A stretch of DNA of 64,000 nucleotides from Haliotis rubra (Eukaryota). The translations under genes and the position numbers were made by a program. The notes beneath the pieces are model-generated. The model saw only the letters and a program-made list of their open reading frames with translations, ran no database searches and was not told the DNA's origin. Where the stretch lies: positions 2,170,001 to 2,234,000 of the forward strand of contig NW_025767202.1 in NCBI RefSeq assembly GCF_003918875.1, in the 5' to 3' direction. Below are positions 1-13,122 of this stretch, in pieces; positions within the stretch are counted from its first letter, which is position 1, and each line of letters opens with the position of its first letter.

Positions 1-189
1 TCCAGTAAGTGCCTAATTAAAATGGGCGAGAGTGGCTTTACTCCTGACGCCTCACACAACACATGAACACCCCACATTCAAAACCTGTTCAATCTCTGTC
101 AAACAGATGGAAACTCAATAAGAGCTGCCAGTGGCACGAAACACTGACACCTCCCCTGCTCAACGTACACATTGTGTAGAGGGAGACTT

Positions 190-318
190 ATGCTGTTGAT
201 CACTGGATTGTTTGGTCCAGACTCGATTAGTTACAGACCGCTACCATAGAGACGGAATAATGCTGAGTTAAACAAACAAACAAACCAACAAACAAACAAA
301 CAAACAAACAAACAAACA
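190..318 (+). mobile_element. SINE-like family B, 3' fragment with (AAAC)n tail
   Basis: gatcactggattgtttggtccagactcgatta...acagaccg...ggaataatgctgag matches the fuller copies at 33485-33709 and 51143-51398; ends in an aaac microsatellite. Confidence 0.8.
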
Positions 319-679
319 CTCCCCCTGAACAAACATCATAACCAAATACACGAAGGAGACCTGGTTGTCCCAGACATAGGCAGGCACAGGCACACATGTA
401 CAACAAAACCAACCAATGGCCACCAACTTGCACTGAACCAACCACACCTCTACATACACTGCAGAATTACAAGAAGCCATTAATGACATCTTCAACACCA
501 GCCTCCTATTCCACCCCCACCACACAAATATGCAGCACAATCCCACAAAGCACAGACACTCTCCCTCCCATCTTCAAAACACCATTTACATCTTAACAAG
601 TAAACGCCACATAACAACAACAATTGTATAAACACAGCCACCAGGATCAGGGTCGAAATTCAGAGCAGGACTGTGTCCG

Positions 680-2430
680 TATTTCATTTAATATTATTTC
701 AGCATTCAGCACTGTCTGTCATGTTCATCAATGTCACACGGATCACTGCATTATTTATATTTAGCTTGGGAATGGTTGTAAAGTACATTTTCATTGTTCT
801 TATGTTTCCCTTGTTTCCGATGGGTGTTGTGATATTGCTTGTCATAAATCGACATTCATAGTGAAACCAAGGTTTATATTTCTTCCTATTCATGCGTTTT
901 GGTGTCCCTTCACATATTCTGTTACACACAACTGTGACTATACAATATTCTTCATAGGAACGTAACATATGTATATAATTTGAACCCGAGCAGGATAACT
1001 TTCACTCAGCCGTCGATTTGATAAAACTATACGCACAATGTAAATCAGACATAAAGATGGATCTATATTCTATATTGTTACCCTGTATGGAAATAGAACA
1101 CGGTCTGCCTGGCATGGCGTCAATGTAAGGTGTCTAAGTAGAGTATCAACATACAACTTCGGCATTGATTCGCCACTAATAGAACACAGTCTGTCTGCCA
1201 TGGCGTCAATGTAAGGTGTCTAAGTAGAGTATGAACATACAACTTCGGCATTGATTCACCACGAATAGAACACGGTCTGTCTGCCATGGCGTCAATGTAA
1301 GGTGTCTAAGTGGAGTATCAAGATACAACTTGGGCATTGATTTACCACGAATAGAACACGGTCTGTCTGCCATGGCGTCAATGTAAGGTGTCTAAGTGGA
1401 GTATCAAGATACAACTTGGGCATTGATTCACCACGAATAGAACACGGTCTGTCTGCCATGGCGTCAATTTAAGGTGTCTAAGTGGAGTATCAACATACAA
1501 CTTGGGCATTGATTTACCACGAATAGAACACGGTCTGTCTGCCATGGCGTCAATGTAAGGTGTCTAAGTGGAGTATCAACATACAACTTGGGCATTGATT
1601 CACCACGAATAGAACACGGTCTGTCTGCCATGGCGTCAATGTAAGGTGTCTAAGTGGAGTATCAACATACAACTTGGGCATTGATTTACCACGAATAGAA
1701 CACGGTCTGTCTGCCATGGCGTCAATGTAAGGTGTCTAAGTAGAGTATAAACATACAAGTTGGGCATTGATTCACCACGAATAGAACACGGTCTGCCTGC
1801 CATGGCGTCAATGTAAGGTGTCTAAGCGGAGTATCAACATACAACTTGGGCATTGATTCACCACGAATAGAACACGGTCTGTCTGCCATGGCGTCAATTT
1901 AAGGTGTCTAAGAAGAGTATCAAGATACAACTTGGGCATTGATTCGCCACGAATAGAACACGGTCTGCCTGCCATGGCGTCAATGTAAGGTGTCTAAGTA
2001 GAGTATCAACATACAACTTGGGCATTGATTCACCACGAATAGAACACGGTCTGCCTGCCATGGCGTCAATGTAAGGTGTCTAAGTAGAGTATCAACATAC
2101 AACTTGGGCATTGATTCACCACGAATAGAACACGGTATGTCTGTCAATGTAAGGTGTCTAAGTGGAGTATCAACGTACAATGGTGGCAGTGTTTTACTAC
2201 GAAATCCATTAAATCAATCAGCATTATTCAAACGACAGATGTGAATAAAATCTGTTTCGAATTCGCGATAGGCAGGATATGTTCATAGCCATCGAATCTG
2301 AGAGCAGAATCACTCGATACAGTCCTGAATGCGATGTTCCGGGGATCTATTAGTACTGACCTATTTCCTTTCCATCTTTTGACAGATTTCCCTATTTCAT
2401 TTAATATTATTTCAGCATTCAGCACTGTTT
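680..2430 (-). pseudogene. Decayed Mab-21/cGAS-like (cGLR) nucleotidyltransferase paralogue, C-terminal part, interrupted by the 86-bp array
   Basis: Aligns by eye with 10295-10740 and 4345-4420. Minus-strand remnants QILFTSVV*IMLIDLMDFVV (cf. Mab-21 R-x-SFS-x-x-E-K-x-L), LDTLH*RHGRQTVFY (cf. L-x-SYHLKT-x-x-F) and EEYCIV..NRICEG (cf. PHYFI..NLF). Many stops and frameshifts. Confidence 0.45.
1092..2180. repeat. 86-bp tandem minisatellite, ~12.5 copies
   Basis: Unit aatagaacacggtctgtctgccatggcgtcaatgtaaggtgtctaagtggagtatcaacatacaacttgggcattgattcaccacg; unit starts at 1264, 1350, 1436. Confidence 0.97.
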
Positions 2431-2637
2431 GACTCAGTCATCATGTATGTCTACCTCCGGCAATCCATTCTCTGTAGCGTCATTTTAATTTTCATTCAAA
2501 TGTTTAAGAAAAGTAAAAGAAATCACAAGAAATGGAACATTTGCACAGTCTCCTGCATTTCTTTAGTTAAGCATGTCCTAGAACTCTTGTACTTTTGACT
2601 GTGTCATTTTGTTCTAGATAGGTTAGTGTGTTTATCA

Positions 2638-2790
2638 CTGCATTATTAATATTTAGCTGAATGGTTGTAAAGTACATTTTCATTGTCCTTGTGTTTCCCT
2701 TGTTTCCGATGGATGTTGTGATATTGCTTCTCGTAAATCGACATTCGTAGTGAAACCAGGGTTTATATATGTTCCTATTCATGCATTTTA
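2638..2790. repeat. Diverged duplicate of 745-900 (3' part of another cGLR-like paralogue)
   Basis: actgcatta..tatttagct..gaatggttgtaaagtacattttcattg...gtgaaacca.ggtttatat...cctattcatgc occurs at both sites. Confidence 0.85.
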
Positions 2791-2822
2791 GTGTGATTTT
2801 CACAACCCTCAAATATCACGTT

Positions 2823-2985
2823 CTAGCCTCCTGGTTTAAGCGCCCACTCGTCACACCGAAGTCCCGGGTGCGATTTTCCACATGGGTACAATGTGTGAAG
2901 CCCATTTCTGGTGTTCTCCGCCGTGATATTGCTGGAATATTGCTAAAAGCGGCTTAAAAACATACTCATTCATTCACTCACTCAA
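2823..2985 (+). mobile_element. tRNA-derived SINE, family A
   Basis: Degenerate A/B boxes; body cacatgggtacaatgtgtgaagcccatttctggtg...gatattgctggaatattgctaaaagcggc; (ACTC/ATTC)n tail. Confidence 0.9.
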
Positions 2986-3097
2986 TATGAGGGGATAAGA
3001 TCATGCATTTCAAGGTCTGAAAACAGACACCTAAGATATGAAGGTGAACTGATTACATATTCTATTTGACTCGTGTAGTTGTGCTTATGTATTTATC

Positions 3098-3401
3098 CAG
3101 TGCCATCAACCCTCCCGTTCCCTACGTTCTAGAAGTGCCCAGTTACTAGTTGTGCCACGTACGAGGACAAAGACATTTGGAGGCCCAAAGCAGGCCCTAT
3201 GCTTTGGAACAACATCCCATTGGACATTAAAAGTGCAGAGAAAATATGTGCATTTAAGAGAATGTTGAAAACATTCTTCTTCAAATCATGTTACAGTTCC
3301 GAGTGACTCTTTCCTTGTCAGACTCATACGAAAGCGCCTTTGAGCAGGACTCATCTGGATATTGGCGCTATATAAATCTCTATATATCATTATTATTATT
3401 A
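3098..3401 (+). mobile_element. L2-clade LINE 3' end fragment
   Basis: Encodes HQPSRSLRS..LLVVPRTRTKTFG / GPMLWNNIPLDIK..FKRMLKTFFF (L2/CR1 ORF2 C-terminus), then aagcgcc...ggcgct stem-loop, ataaat and an (att)n tail. Confidence 0.8.
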
Positions 3402-4039
3402 CGTATTTGACCAACTTACCATACTCAGATTTCTGCTGTATAATTTGGTTTTACCGTCGTCCTCCGAAAGTCTGTCTCTTGGGTTGACATTAGTAGATAC
3501 TGTGTTTATTTGTGCTTGCATTTCAACATTTAAAACTGTTTCTTCTATCAATATAGACATGTAGTCACAATCACAAACATTCGGGTTGACAAGTACACAA
3601 TACCTAAATGTACAAGTTTACCTATGCTTAAAAATTATATTCATTTGAAATACTAATGTGTAAGATGTAGTCGTTACTATGCTCGGATACTGTGGTATGA
3701 TGTGCACACCTGTCCCTAACTGGAAACGCTATACCTACTAAAAGCCTGTGCCCTATACGCCAATGTTTGATATGAAATGTAAAACCATCAATATGTAGAT
3801 CTAAAACATATGTATCTGTTTCTTGGAAACAAAAACTCCCCAGTTTTGATCAAATTAATAAATTAGGTGTAATGGAATCCACAAACATTGAAATTGATAA
3901 ATACCTTTACTTGAATGCGTGCTAGAGAGATTTGCTGCGTTCCACTCTTTAGGATATAAATGGGGCAGGTTAAAGTTGGGTTAAAAGTAACAAAACTAGG
4001 CTTCTACCTAGTTGTGACAACGCCTGTAGAACTGAAGTC

Positions 4040-7000
4040 ACGTACTAAGGTGTTACGTTGTCTCCAGAAATTAAGTCAGTAGGTGTCTTCCTGTAACTGC
4101 TCGTAGATGCAAATCTTGTGAATGATAGGTTCAGTATGTTGTCTCGCAGTATCATCAAGCAGGGACGAGTGAGATACATATGTACTGTATGTAGCAGCCT
4201 GTAAAACACATTAGTTTCAAAGTCCCAACTAACAGGCAGCTCGCAGTTCTGTGCAGGTAAGCATACACTGGGCTTGTCACAGTGAAGGGGAAGTACCTCA
4301 TGCCCACCTACTGCCTTTCTTCCACACTCGACTGTTTGTAATACATGTTTTATAGCCATTGAATCTGGGACCAGTATCACTAGGTACAGTCTTGAATGTG
4401 ATGTTCCGGGCATCTATATTAGTGGTGCAGTGTGATGACAACCTTTGTCTCCTCTTTATCTATCAATTTTAAGCATCTCTTTAACCCAATTCTTTGAAAT
4501 TGTCTGTAGTCCTCGATTTTCTTTTAGCCTGACTGTCTCTACCTGTGCTGTGTACCTAGTCACGGGTGACACATTCGACGTTCATAAACTCTCATGCTAC
4601 ACTAGGTTTTACTTGCTGATATCACAGTCAAGAGCTGGCGAAACACCGTTCAACAGGATCGGTTAGATCTTGCCCAGCATAAACCTTTCATGCATATAGA
4701 ATAATTAAATACATGTTTAAAAACGATCTTTAACATATAGTCTGTTTCATAGCTGCAAATGTTGGCTTAAATGACAGTCATATTGTTCATGTTGCAGTAT
4801 GTGCGGGGATTGTACCCTAATGACAGTCATATTGTTCATGTTGCAGTTTGTGCGGGGATTGTACCCTAATGACAGTCATATTGTTCATGTTGCAGCATGT
4901 GCGGGGATTGTACCCTAATGACAGTCATATTGTTCATGTTGCAGTTTGTGCGGGGATTGTACCCTAATGACAGTCATATTGTTCATGTTGCAGTATGAGC
5001 GGGGATTGTACCCTAATGACAGTCATATTGTTCATGTTGCAGTATGAGCGGGGATTGTACCCTAATGACAGTCATATCGTTAATGTTGCAGTATGTTGCG
5101 TTGCAGTATGGATTGTACCCTAATGACTGTCATATTGTTCATGTTGCAGTATGTGCGGGGATTGTACCCTAATGACAGTCATATTGTTAATGTTGCAGTA
5201 TGTGCGGGGATTGTACCCTAATGACAGTCATATTGTTAATGTTGCAGTATGTGCGGGGATTGTACCCTAATGACTGTCATATTGTTCATGTTGCAGTATG
5301 AGCGGGGATTGTACCCTAATGACAGTCATATTGTTCATGTTGCAGTTTGAGCGGGGATTGTACCCTAATGACAGTCATATTGTTAATGTTGCAGTATGTG
5401 CGGGGATTGTACCCTAATGACTGTCATATTGTTCATGTTGCAGCATGTGCGGAGATTGTACCCTCATGACTGTCATATTGTTCATGTTGCAGTATGTGCG
5501 GGGATTGTACCCTAATGACAGTCATATTGTTCATGTTGCAGTATGTGCGGGGATTGTACCCTAATGACAGTCATATTGTTAATGTTGCAGTATGTGCGGG
5601 GATTGTACCCTAATGACAGTCATATTGTTCATGTTGCAGTATGTGCGGGGATTGTACCCTAATGACAGTCATATTGTTAATGTTGCAGTATGTGCGGGGA
5701 TTGTACCCTAATGACAGTCATATTGTTAATGTTGCAGTATGTGCGGGGATTGTACCCTAATGACAGTCATATTGTTCATGTTGCAGTATGTGCGGGATTG
5801 TACCCTAATGACAGTCATATTGTTCATGTTGCAGTATGTGCGGGGATTGTACCCTAATGACAGTCATATTGTTGAATTGTTGACAGCAGTTGTTCATGTT
5901 GCAGTATGAGCGGGGATTGTACCCTAATGACAGTCATATTGTTAATGTTGCAGTATGTGCGGGGATTGTACCCTAATGACAGTCATATTGTTCATGTTGC
6001 AGTATGAGCGGGGATTGTACCCTAATGACAGTCATATTGTTCATGTTTGCAGTATGAGCGGGATGCAGTATGTTAGCGGGAGCGGGATTGTACCCTGAAT
6101 GTTACATGTTGTACCCTAATGATTGTTAAGCATGTTGACAGTATATTGTTAGCGTTGCAGTATGGCGGGGATTGTACCCTAATGACAGTCATATTGTTAA
6201 TGTTGCAGTATGTGCGGGATTGTACCCTAATGGTTAATGAGTTGTACCCTAATGACAGTCATATTGTTCATGTTGCAGTATGTGCGGGGATTGTACCCTA
6301 ATGACAGTCATATTGTTAATGTTGCAGTATTGTACCCTAATGACAGTCATATTGTTAATGTTGCAGTATGTGCGGGGATTGTACCCTAATGACAGTCATA
6401 TTGTTCATGTTGCAGTATGAGCGGGGATTGTACCCTAATGACAGTCATATTGTTCATGTTGCAGTATGAGCGGGGATTGTACCCTAATGACAGTCATATT
6501 GTTAATGTTGCAGTATGAGCGGGGATTGTACCCTAATGACAGTCATATTGTTAATGTTGCAGTATGAGCGGGGATTGTACCCTAATGACAGTCATATTGT
6601 TCATGTTGCAGTATGAGCGGGGATTGTACCCTAATGACAGTCATATTGTTAATGTGCAGCAGTATGCGCGGGATTGTACCCTAATGACAGTCATATTGTT
6701 CATGTTGCAGTATGAGCGGGATTGTACCCTAATGACAGTCATATTGTTCATGTTGCAGTATGAGCCCTAATGACAGTCATATTGTTCATGTTGAGCATGG
6801 GATTGTACCCTAATGACAGTCATATTGTTCATGTTGCAGTATGAGCAGGGATTGTACCCTAATGACAGTCATATTGTTAATGTTGCAGTATGTTTGTACC
6901 CTAATGACAGTCATATTGTTCATGTTGCAGTATGAGCGGGGATTGTACCCTAATGACAGTCATATTGTTAATGTTGCAGTATGTGCGGGGATTGTACCCT

Positions 7001-7400
7001 AATGACAGTCATATTGTTCATGTTGCAGTATGTGCGGGGATTGTACCCTAATGACAGTCATACTGTTAATGTTGCAGTTTGTGCGTTGTATAATGACAGT
7101 CATATTGTTCATGTTGCAGTATGGGCGGGGATTGTACCCTAATGACAGTCATATTGTTCATGTTGCAGTATGTGCGGGGATTGTACCCTAATGACAGTCA
7201 TATTGTTCATGCTGCAGTATGTGCGGGGATTGTACCCTAATGACAGTCATATTGTTAATGTTGCAGTATGAGCGGGGATTGTACCCTAATGACACGCTTT
7301 CTGTTCGAATAGCAAGGAACGCATCGTTGTGGTGAAGGCGTTAGTTTTGAAGATCACTCACAAGTTTCATATCACCAGTTATTAAGATAATAACTGTCTA
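4040..7400 (-). pseudogene. Decayed Mab-21/cGLR-like paralogue, split by the 49-bp array
   Basis: Minus strand reads IRTESVSLGYNPR (decayed hGS-x-x-EG), SYETDYML (D/E-h-D catalytic motif), KGCHH, then LPVSWDFETNVFYRLLHTVHMYL; colinear with 10690-11240. Confidence 0.45.
4770..7293. repeat. 49-bp tandem minisatellite, ~51 copies
   Basis: Unit taatgacagtcatattgttcatgttgcagtatgtgcggggattgtaccc; starts at 4818 and 4867; scrambled units at ~5870-6250. Confidence 0.97.
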
Positions 7401-7859
7401 TGTAATACAACGCTGGTGAGGGTCCATGTTGACGGCATTTTGATTGGTTTATTTGTTTAGTATGGCATATAAACGGTAGTGTTGAGAGGCATATATATAC
7501 AGATATGAAGTGATTTTGTACCCTGACCAATCTATCACAAATCCATGCAAAATCAAGTAAACTGTTCCCCCAAATACAGAGGAACATATGGTACGTCTAA
7601 TAAGGAACTATACTCTCCCTAAATAGAAGCGAAAAGGTGATATTGATATATGAAATTTCAAATACTTTTCCAAATTAGTGTTTGATTGTTATGATTTCGC
7701 CATCATAAAGCTGTTGTTTGTACTTCCAATGAATGCACAGCGCAAAAACGAACCTTCGGAAACTTTATTTTCACGTTTATGTTCGAAAGTGTCAACTTGC
7801 ATGAAAATGCCATTAAGAAAATGGACGTTCAGTTCTGAGGAACCGTGAGCAAGGATATT

Positions 7860-8720
7860 GCTAATTTATGACCGGTTATTGGTATTTCTATCTACATTAA
7901 GGAATACAGTTATGCCGCTGTAAATTGAAACATTGCCATTGGACGTCTGGAGGCTGGGGAGTCTAAAACTGCCTTTGCACTACACGTCAATGTTCACCAG
8001 CGTGCCATCTGCCATTTATTGGACCGATATCAGCAAACCAAACCAGCGCAGGATAGGTACATCCGGGTACTTCATTTTGCAGATTCGAACTGTCACAGCA
8101 ACTGCATCTACAATAGCAATGTCTGGTTTGAGGAGCGTGTCGGCGCACCACTCGAAATCTTTTACCTGGACTTCGCGCCAGAAGACCCTATTTTGGCCCT
8201 GCGCTGCTACGACTACATCGACGTTGAGGGGTCCAGTGGTGCAATAACGTTCTATTCTAGAATCTACAAAACTTGCTACGTGTATGGTTAAGTGACGTGA
8301 CGGAAGAGCACGTGTCTATCACGTCGAAATGTACCTGTCTCGCTCAGGTTGACCGATATGGTGGTGAGAGTGTCATTATGTGGAGAGCCACATCCCACAC
8401 GCACAAAGCTAAATTGTGCCCTCAAGCCAATTCAGCTGCTATTCGGTCCAGAGACGAAAATGGCAATCACATCCTTTAGCACCGATAGCACCTAAACCTC
8501 ACTGAAGTTGCATAAAAAAGTTTGCAAGTTGCCTTCCGGCGCACATGGGATTATTTATAGCCGCTACGAATTGCCATTATTTCTGGACTTACCGATGCAC
8601 AACATTTAATGCCGGGTACAATCGGCCGAACTGGAAGGTCATGGGAGCTGTTTTAAGTGTGTCCAGGTAAACGTTGGTTGTTACTAATATAATGGGCAAG
8701 GCAGACACATTTGACTGATT
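7860..8720 (+). mobile_element. Degenerate Tc1/mariner transposon
   Basis: Across frames: NIAIGRLEAGES, DRYQQT..QDRYIRVLH, TATAS..GLRSVS, LRARRPYFGPAL, DRYGGESVIMW (Tc1 HTH and DDE segments); frameshifted. Confidence 0.75.
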
Positions 8721-9432
8721 TCGGAGGAGTTTACCGAGATCACCTAATCGTCCTGCCTAACCCTCTCCCACATCACCAACTTCCACAGAGCCCTTATTAC
8801 CTAACATCTGTAATTACTGAACTGTCTCATTGGAGCCGGCTAAGTCCTCAGGTAGAACAATATGTCACTAGGTCAACACAGCTTATGCGATCATGAGATT
8901 AACCTGGAGCAGGATATGTGGCAATATGTAAGTACATGAATTATTTTTATCTACTCTCTCCCTTTTATTTATCTACTCTCTCCTGTTATTTATCTACTCT
9001 CTCCTGTTTACTTTTCACTGTTTTTTCATCCTCAGCCGCGGAAAAAGTGTGTTAGATCAGCTAATTTTTCTTTAGAAATTATTGCCTTTTGATAAATCAT
9101 ATTCTTGGGGTTTATTTGAAACATAGTCTGTTGTAAGAGTTTGTCTTTACGTGCCAGTGAATTTATTTTTACCTGTGTTGCCATAGCAAACAAATATATT
9201 CAGATTTCTGCATAGAACAGTGAGCTTTTGAATGCATAATTTGGCTTAACCGTCCTCCTTCGAAAGTGTTTGGGTACATCAATGTTAACGAAATTAGATT
9301 CTACGTTTGATTCTGTAGCCGTCAAATATGTAAATTCGGTGTAAACATTAAAATGAATAAATGATAACTTTTTATAAAGCAGGCTCGAGACATTTGTCGA
9401 GTAATGCCTCCGTTAGAGTTAAGTTCGAATTT

Positions 9433-9615
9433 CGTTTGTTTGTTTGTTTGTTTGCTTGTTTATTGTTTAACGCCGCTCTCAGAAATGTTCCAGCAATATG
9501 ACGGTGGTCAATAAATAATCAAGTCTGGACAAGACAATGCAGTGATTGACATCAGCATCCATCTACGCAACTGGGATACGATGACATGTGTCAACCAAGT
9601 CAGCGAGCCTGACCA
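9433..9615 (-). mobile_element. SINE-like family B, 5'-truncated
   Basis: (gttt)n tail followed by the reverse complement of the family B body. Confidence 0.85.
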
Positions 9616-10002
9616 TCTACATATTTGCGAGTAGGGAGAGCTAGTACATTCTTGAATATTCTTGATAAGAAGGCATTGTTTAAATTCTGATGAATAATGT
9701 AGTCTCAAACTGCCAAATGACAGTGATTTACTCGTTGTAAAGCTTTTCAACATAATTAACAGGAATCATTATTTGGATCCCTTATCCATGCAAGACGATA
9801 TACTGTCCTCGAGTTGTGTCTACATCCAAAGCTACAAAACAATACAAACGTACTTGTGTAGTAGCTACGAATGTGCATCACGTCTGTATACCTGATATGC
9901 ATAACCACAACAATATACATGGCATGCATGTTAAACTAAGTATAATCATGATAATTGTATTTATCCCTGTGACTTACGTAGGCAGTGCAATTCAGAACAC
10001 AT

Positions 10003-10241
10003 TGATTGATTGCTGTTTAACGCCGTACTCAGCAATATTCGATCTATATGGCGGCGGTCTGTAAATAATCGAGTCTGGACCAGACAATCCAGTGATCAAC
10101 GGCATGAGGATTCATCTACGAAATTGGGAACCGATGACATGTGTCAACCAAGTCAGCGAGCCTGACCACCTGATCCCGTTAGTCGCCTCTTACGACAAGC
10201 ATGGGTTACTGAAGATCGATTCTAACCCTGATCTTCACGGG
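10003..10241 (-). mobile_element. SINE-like family B, full length
   Basis: Reverse complement begins cccgtgaagatcagggttagaatcgatcttcagtaacccatgcttgtcgtaagaggcgactaacggg. Confidence 0.9.
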
Positions 10242-10294
10242 ATCGTTCATGTCACCTATAACGCGAGAAACGTAATTCGGGATGAGTGAGTAAT

Positions 10295-11240
10295 GACATC
10301 CCTTCTAGGTTGTCACGTACTTACACCCTACTGTGTCTATACGATATTCTCGACAGGAACATAACATATATAAGTCTAACCTAAGCATCAGATCTTTAAC
10401 TCTGTCGGTGGTTCGTGTAACAACGCATCCTGCAATGAAAATCAGCCATAAAGATGGTAGTATGTTGTTATCCTGTGTTGTAATAGAACAAGGCTTGGCT
10501 GGCATGGCGTCAACGTAAGGTGTCTAACCGAGAAATTAACCCGATCGTTGGCCTGGCAGTACCCCCTTAAGTGGAGTATCAACGTACAACTGGCATTGGT
10601 TCACCACGAAATCCATCAAATCAATCAGCATTTTTCAAACGGCAGATGTGAATGAAATCTGATTCGAATTCATGATTAGCAATGTATTAACTTACAGTCG
10701 TTGAATCTCGTATCTCTCGATACAGTCGTGAATGTGCTCGTCTTGGTAGCTGCGATTTTTTTCATTCTGTTTGATGCACAGTGTGATGACAACCTTTGTC
10801 TGTTCGTTATATTATTTATTCAGCATCTCGGATACTCAAAACTTTTAAACTGTCTATAGCCATCGATTTGCAGTTAGTTTCTCCGTCTATACATGTCCTT
10901 GGTAATTACTCACGGTTGACAAATTCAATTTTGATTAATTTTATCCTGTTTTTACTTGCTTACCTCTCAGCCATGGTCTTGAGAACACTGCTTTACTGTA
11001 ATCAATGCACGAGTTCGTCATGATCCAGCCAAGCATGACCCTTTTATGCGTTTAGATTAACGTACCTGTAAAAACCAGCATTAGCATATAGTCTGTTTCA
11101 TAGTTACATGCAATGGAGAACGTGGCAGTTGTTGTTTGTTAGTATGTGCGGGGATTACCATGAATAGACTCTGATGAAACGCTTGTATTTCGAATAGGAG
11201 CTGTCAAGATCGTTACTGTGACGGACATCACAAGGTCCTG
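10295..11240 (-). pseudogene. Decayed Mab-21/cGLR-like paralogue without repeat expansions
   Basis: Minus strand: SVSSESIHGNPRTY..NYETDYML, GHAWLD (cf. PGY-x-x-L), KGCHH, QISFTSAV*KMLIDLMDFVVNQCQLY, LDTLR*RHASQALFY, LPSLWLIFIAGC, CREYRID, in Mab-21 motif order; many stops. Confidence 0.5.
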
Positions 11241-12352
11241 TCAGTCTGAAATAACAGGTTGTGTGAAAATACCGATCGGGTATCCAGCTCAGGTTTTAAG
11301 GTAAGTTGATGTTGATGTTTTGCCACGCACAACGTTCTACCTCCAATAAGTATCGGTGTGTCGTTCTATTGCCTGCATGTCACAGTGACCCGGTAAGACG
11401 AGTGTTCTTCTTTGTGAAGCAGAGCGTGATATAGTGTTGGCGGTCATACTCGTTGTATGATTTATTTTTGTTTGAAACATTTCGCATATTCAGATTCGAT
11501 TAAATGTTTATACCAGTGTTAATCCTTGTTGTATTCGCTGTTGCCTGTGAGATTAAGTCAGTGGGGGTGGGGGTAGGGGTCGGGTGGGGGTTGAAACCAG
11601 CCAAGCGCAACAATAGTTCCCGATGCCCGCAGAGTCCACACTAATGTTAGGTGGTAAATCTTCATTTGTCGACTTCCCGGGCTTGAACAGTGTTGGCGTA
11701 GCTGAACGTATTTATACGTGTGTTAGTATAAGCGTTTGTACATTTAGTTTTGTTTATTGTTCAAACCCGAAATCAGCAATATCCACGTTATATAGCGGCG
11801 TGACTTTGAGAGAGCATAATAGATTCATTATTTGGAATATTATAAAACATATATTCATCCAGTGCACAATTCTATAACAGAACATGCCCTCCAATTGTTG
11901 AAATTGTTGATACTGATGTCATCAAAAGTTTCATATTATTAAATTCTGGACGTCTACATAGATAGCGTCCATGTGAACATGTAAGATATATATTTATTGA
12001 TAGATATGAACTGGAGTTTCTGGTTGGTTTTGGAGATATCAAAACATATGACGTCCACTTGATTATCCACAGTATATTTCAGAGAATCGTGCAGAAAGAT
12101 TCCACGTGGTCAAAGTAACAAGACGCCTGACAGTGTATACCAATGGAGAAAAACACCAACGTTTCATGTTCAACGAAGTCCAGCATTTCACATATGGTAT
12201 GTTCAGCACACTTCAGATGACATGTGCGTGTATTTGTAGCAGATTGTACTGAATCTGTGAAGATAACTGTAATTTGTTTTACATGTTGATTCGCTAGTCA
12301 AAACTAAAACGTCAACTGAGAAGCAGTACAACAAACACACAACACAGAAATA

Positions 12353-12744
12353 TGTTGAAATTAACAACTTTATTTTAAAATTAAATTAAAAGTTGACAAA
12401 TCAATAATAATCACTACTAAGGTATAACTATGGCAGTAAGAGAGTTACAGTACAAGTTCAAAGGTAATATAAAGAGCAGTGATAAGCAAGTGAGCATCAA
12501 ATGGTGTGATGGTGATATTCACCTGTCAACGACAGTGATGCAGCTTGCAACATAGACCTAACAGGACATTATGATCGTTACACACTGATCTCGCTGATCT
12601 TCTGGTAACTTTACACGTCATGTGAGACGAGAGGCAAGAGTGTTCTCCCTCTGATTAGCGTTAGAAAAAGATGGTGGAACATTGTCCGAATCCCTGGGCC
12701 AGAAATAGGTGGTAGCTTCCTGCAGGACCTTCCAGAACATAACA
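12353..12744 (-). mobile_element. Possible solo LTR remnant
   Basis: TG...CA ends, minus-strand AATAAA near its 3' end, shares atattcacc and gagaggcaagag blocks with 50009-50297; no TSD found. Confidence 0.3.
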
Positions 12745-13122
12745 CAAGCAATGTCACAGTCACGTCACACTACTGTAAACACATTTTGTAATGCGGGAGA
12801 GTAATATACATCTTTGGAAAATGAAATGTTTTGACAAATTTGAAATTGCTTCTTTTTTAAGATTTAAAAAGTGAAGAAATTCTTTTAGGTTTTGAGAATC
12901 CGAATGTTATTAGTTCTACTTGTCTGAAATACTTTCTGTAAATATAGAAAAAGACCTTACGGAATATCAGCATTGTGGTTGAGCTTTTGGCCGGGGAATT
13001 GGTGATACATTTGTTGCTCCCAATATATATACCTCGTTGTTCAATTTTGCATGGAGCTTTAGAAGAAGGGACGAGCTCGCAGTGCTACTCACCTACCTTC
13101 TCTCATCTGCTCACTGTGTTAT

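Noticed and set aside
1092-7293. CRISPR-like appearance of regular repeats (also 15.4, 29.5 and 59.2 kb)
   Set aside because: Units are head-to-tail with no unique spacers, there are no cas genes, and the context is eukaryotic
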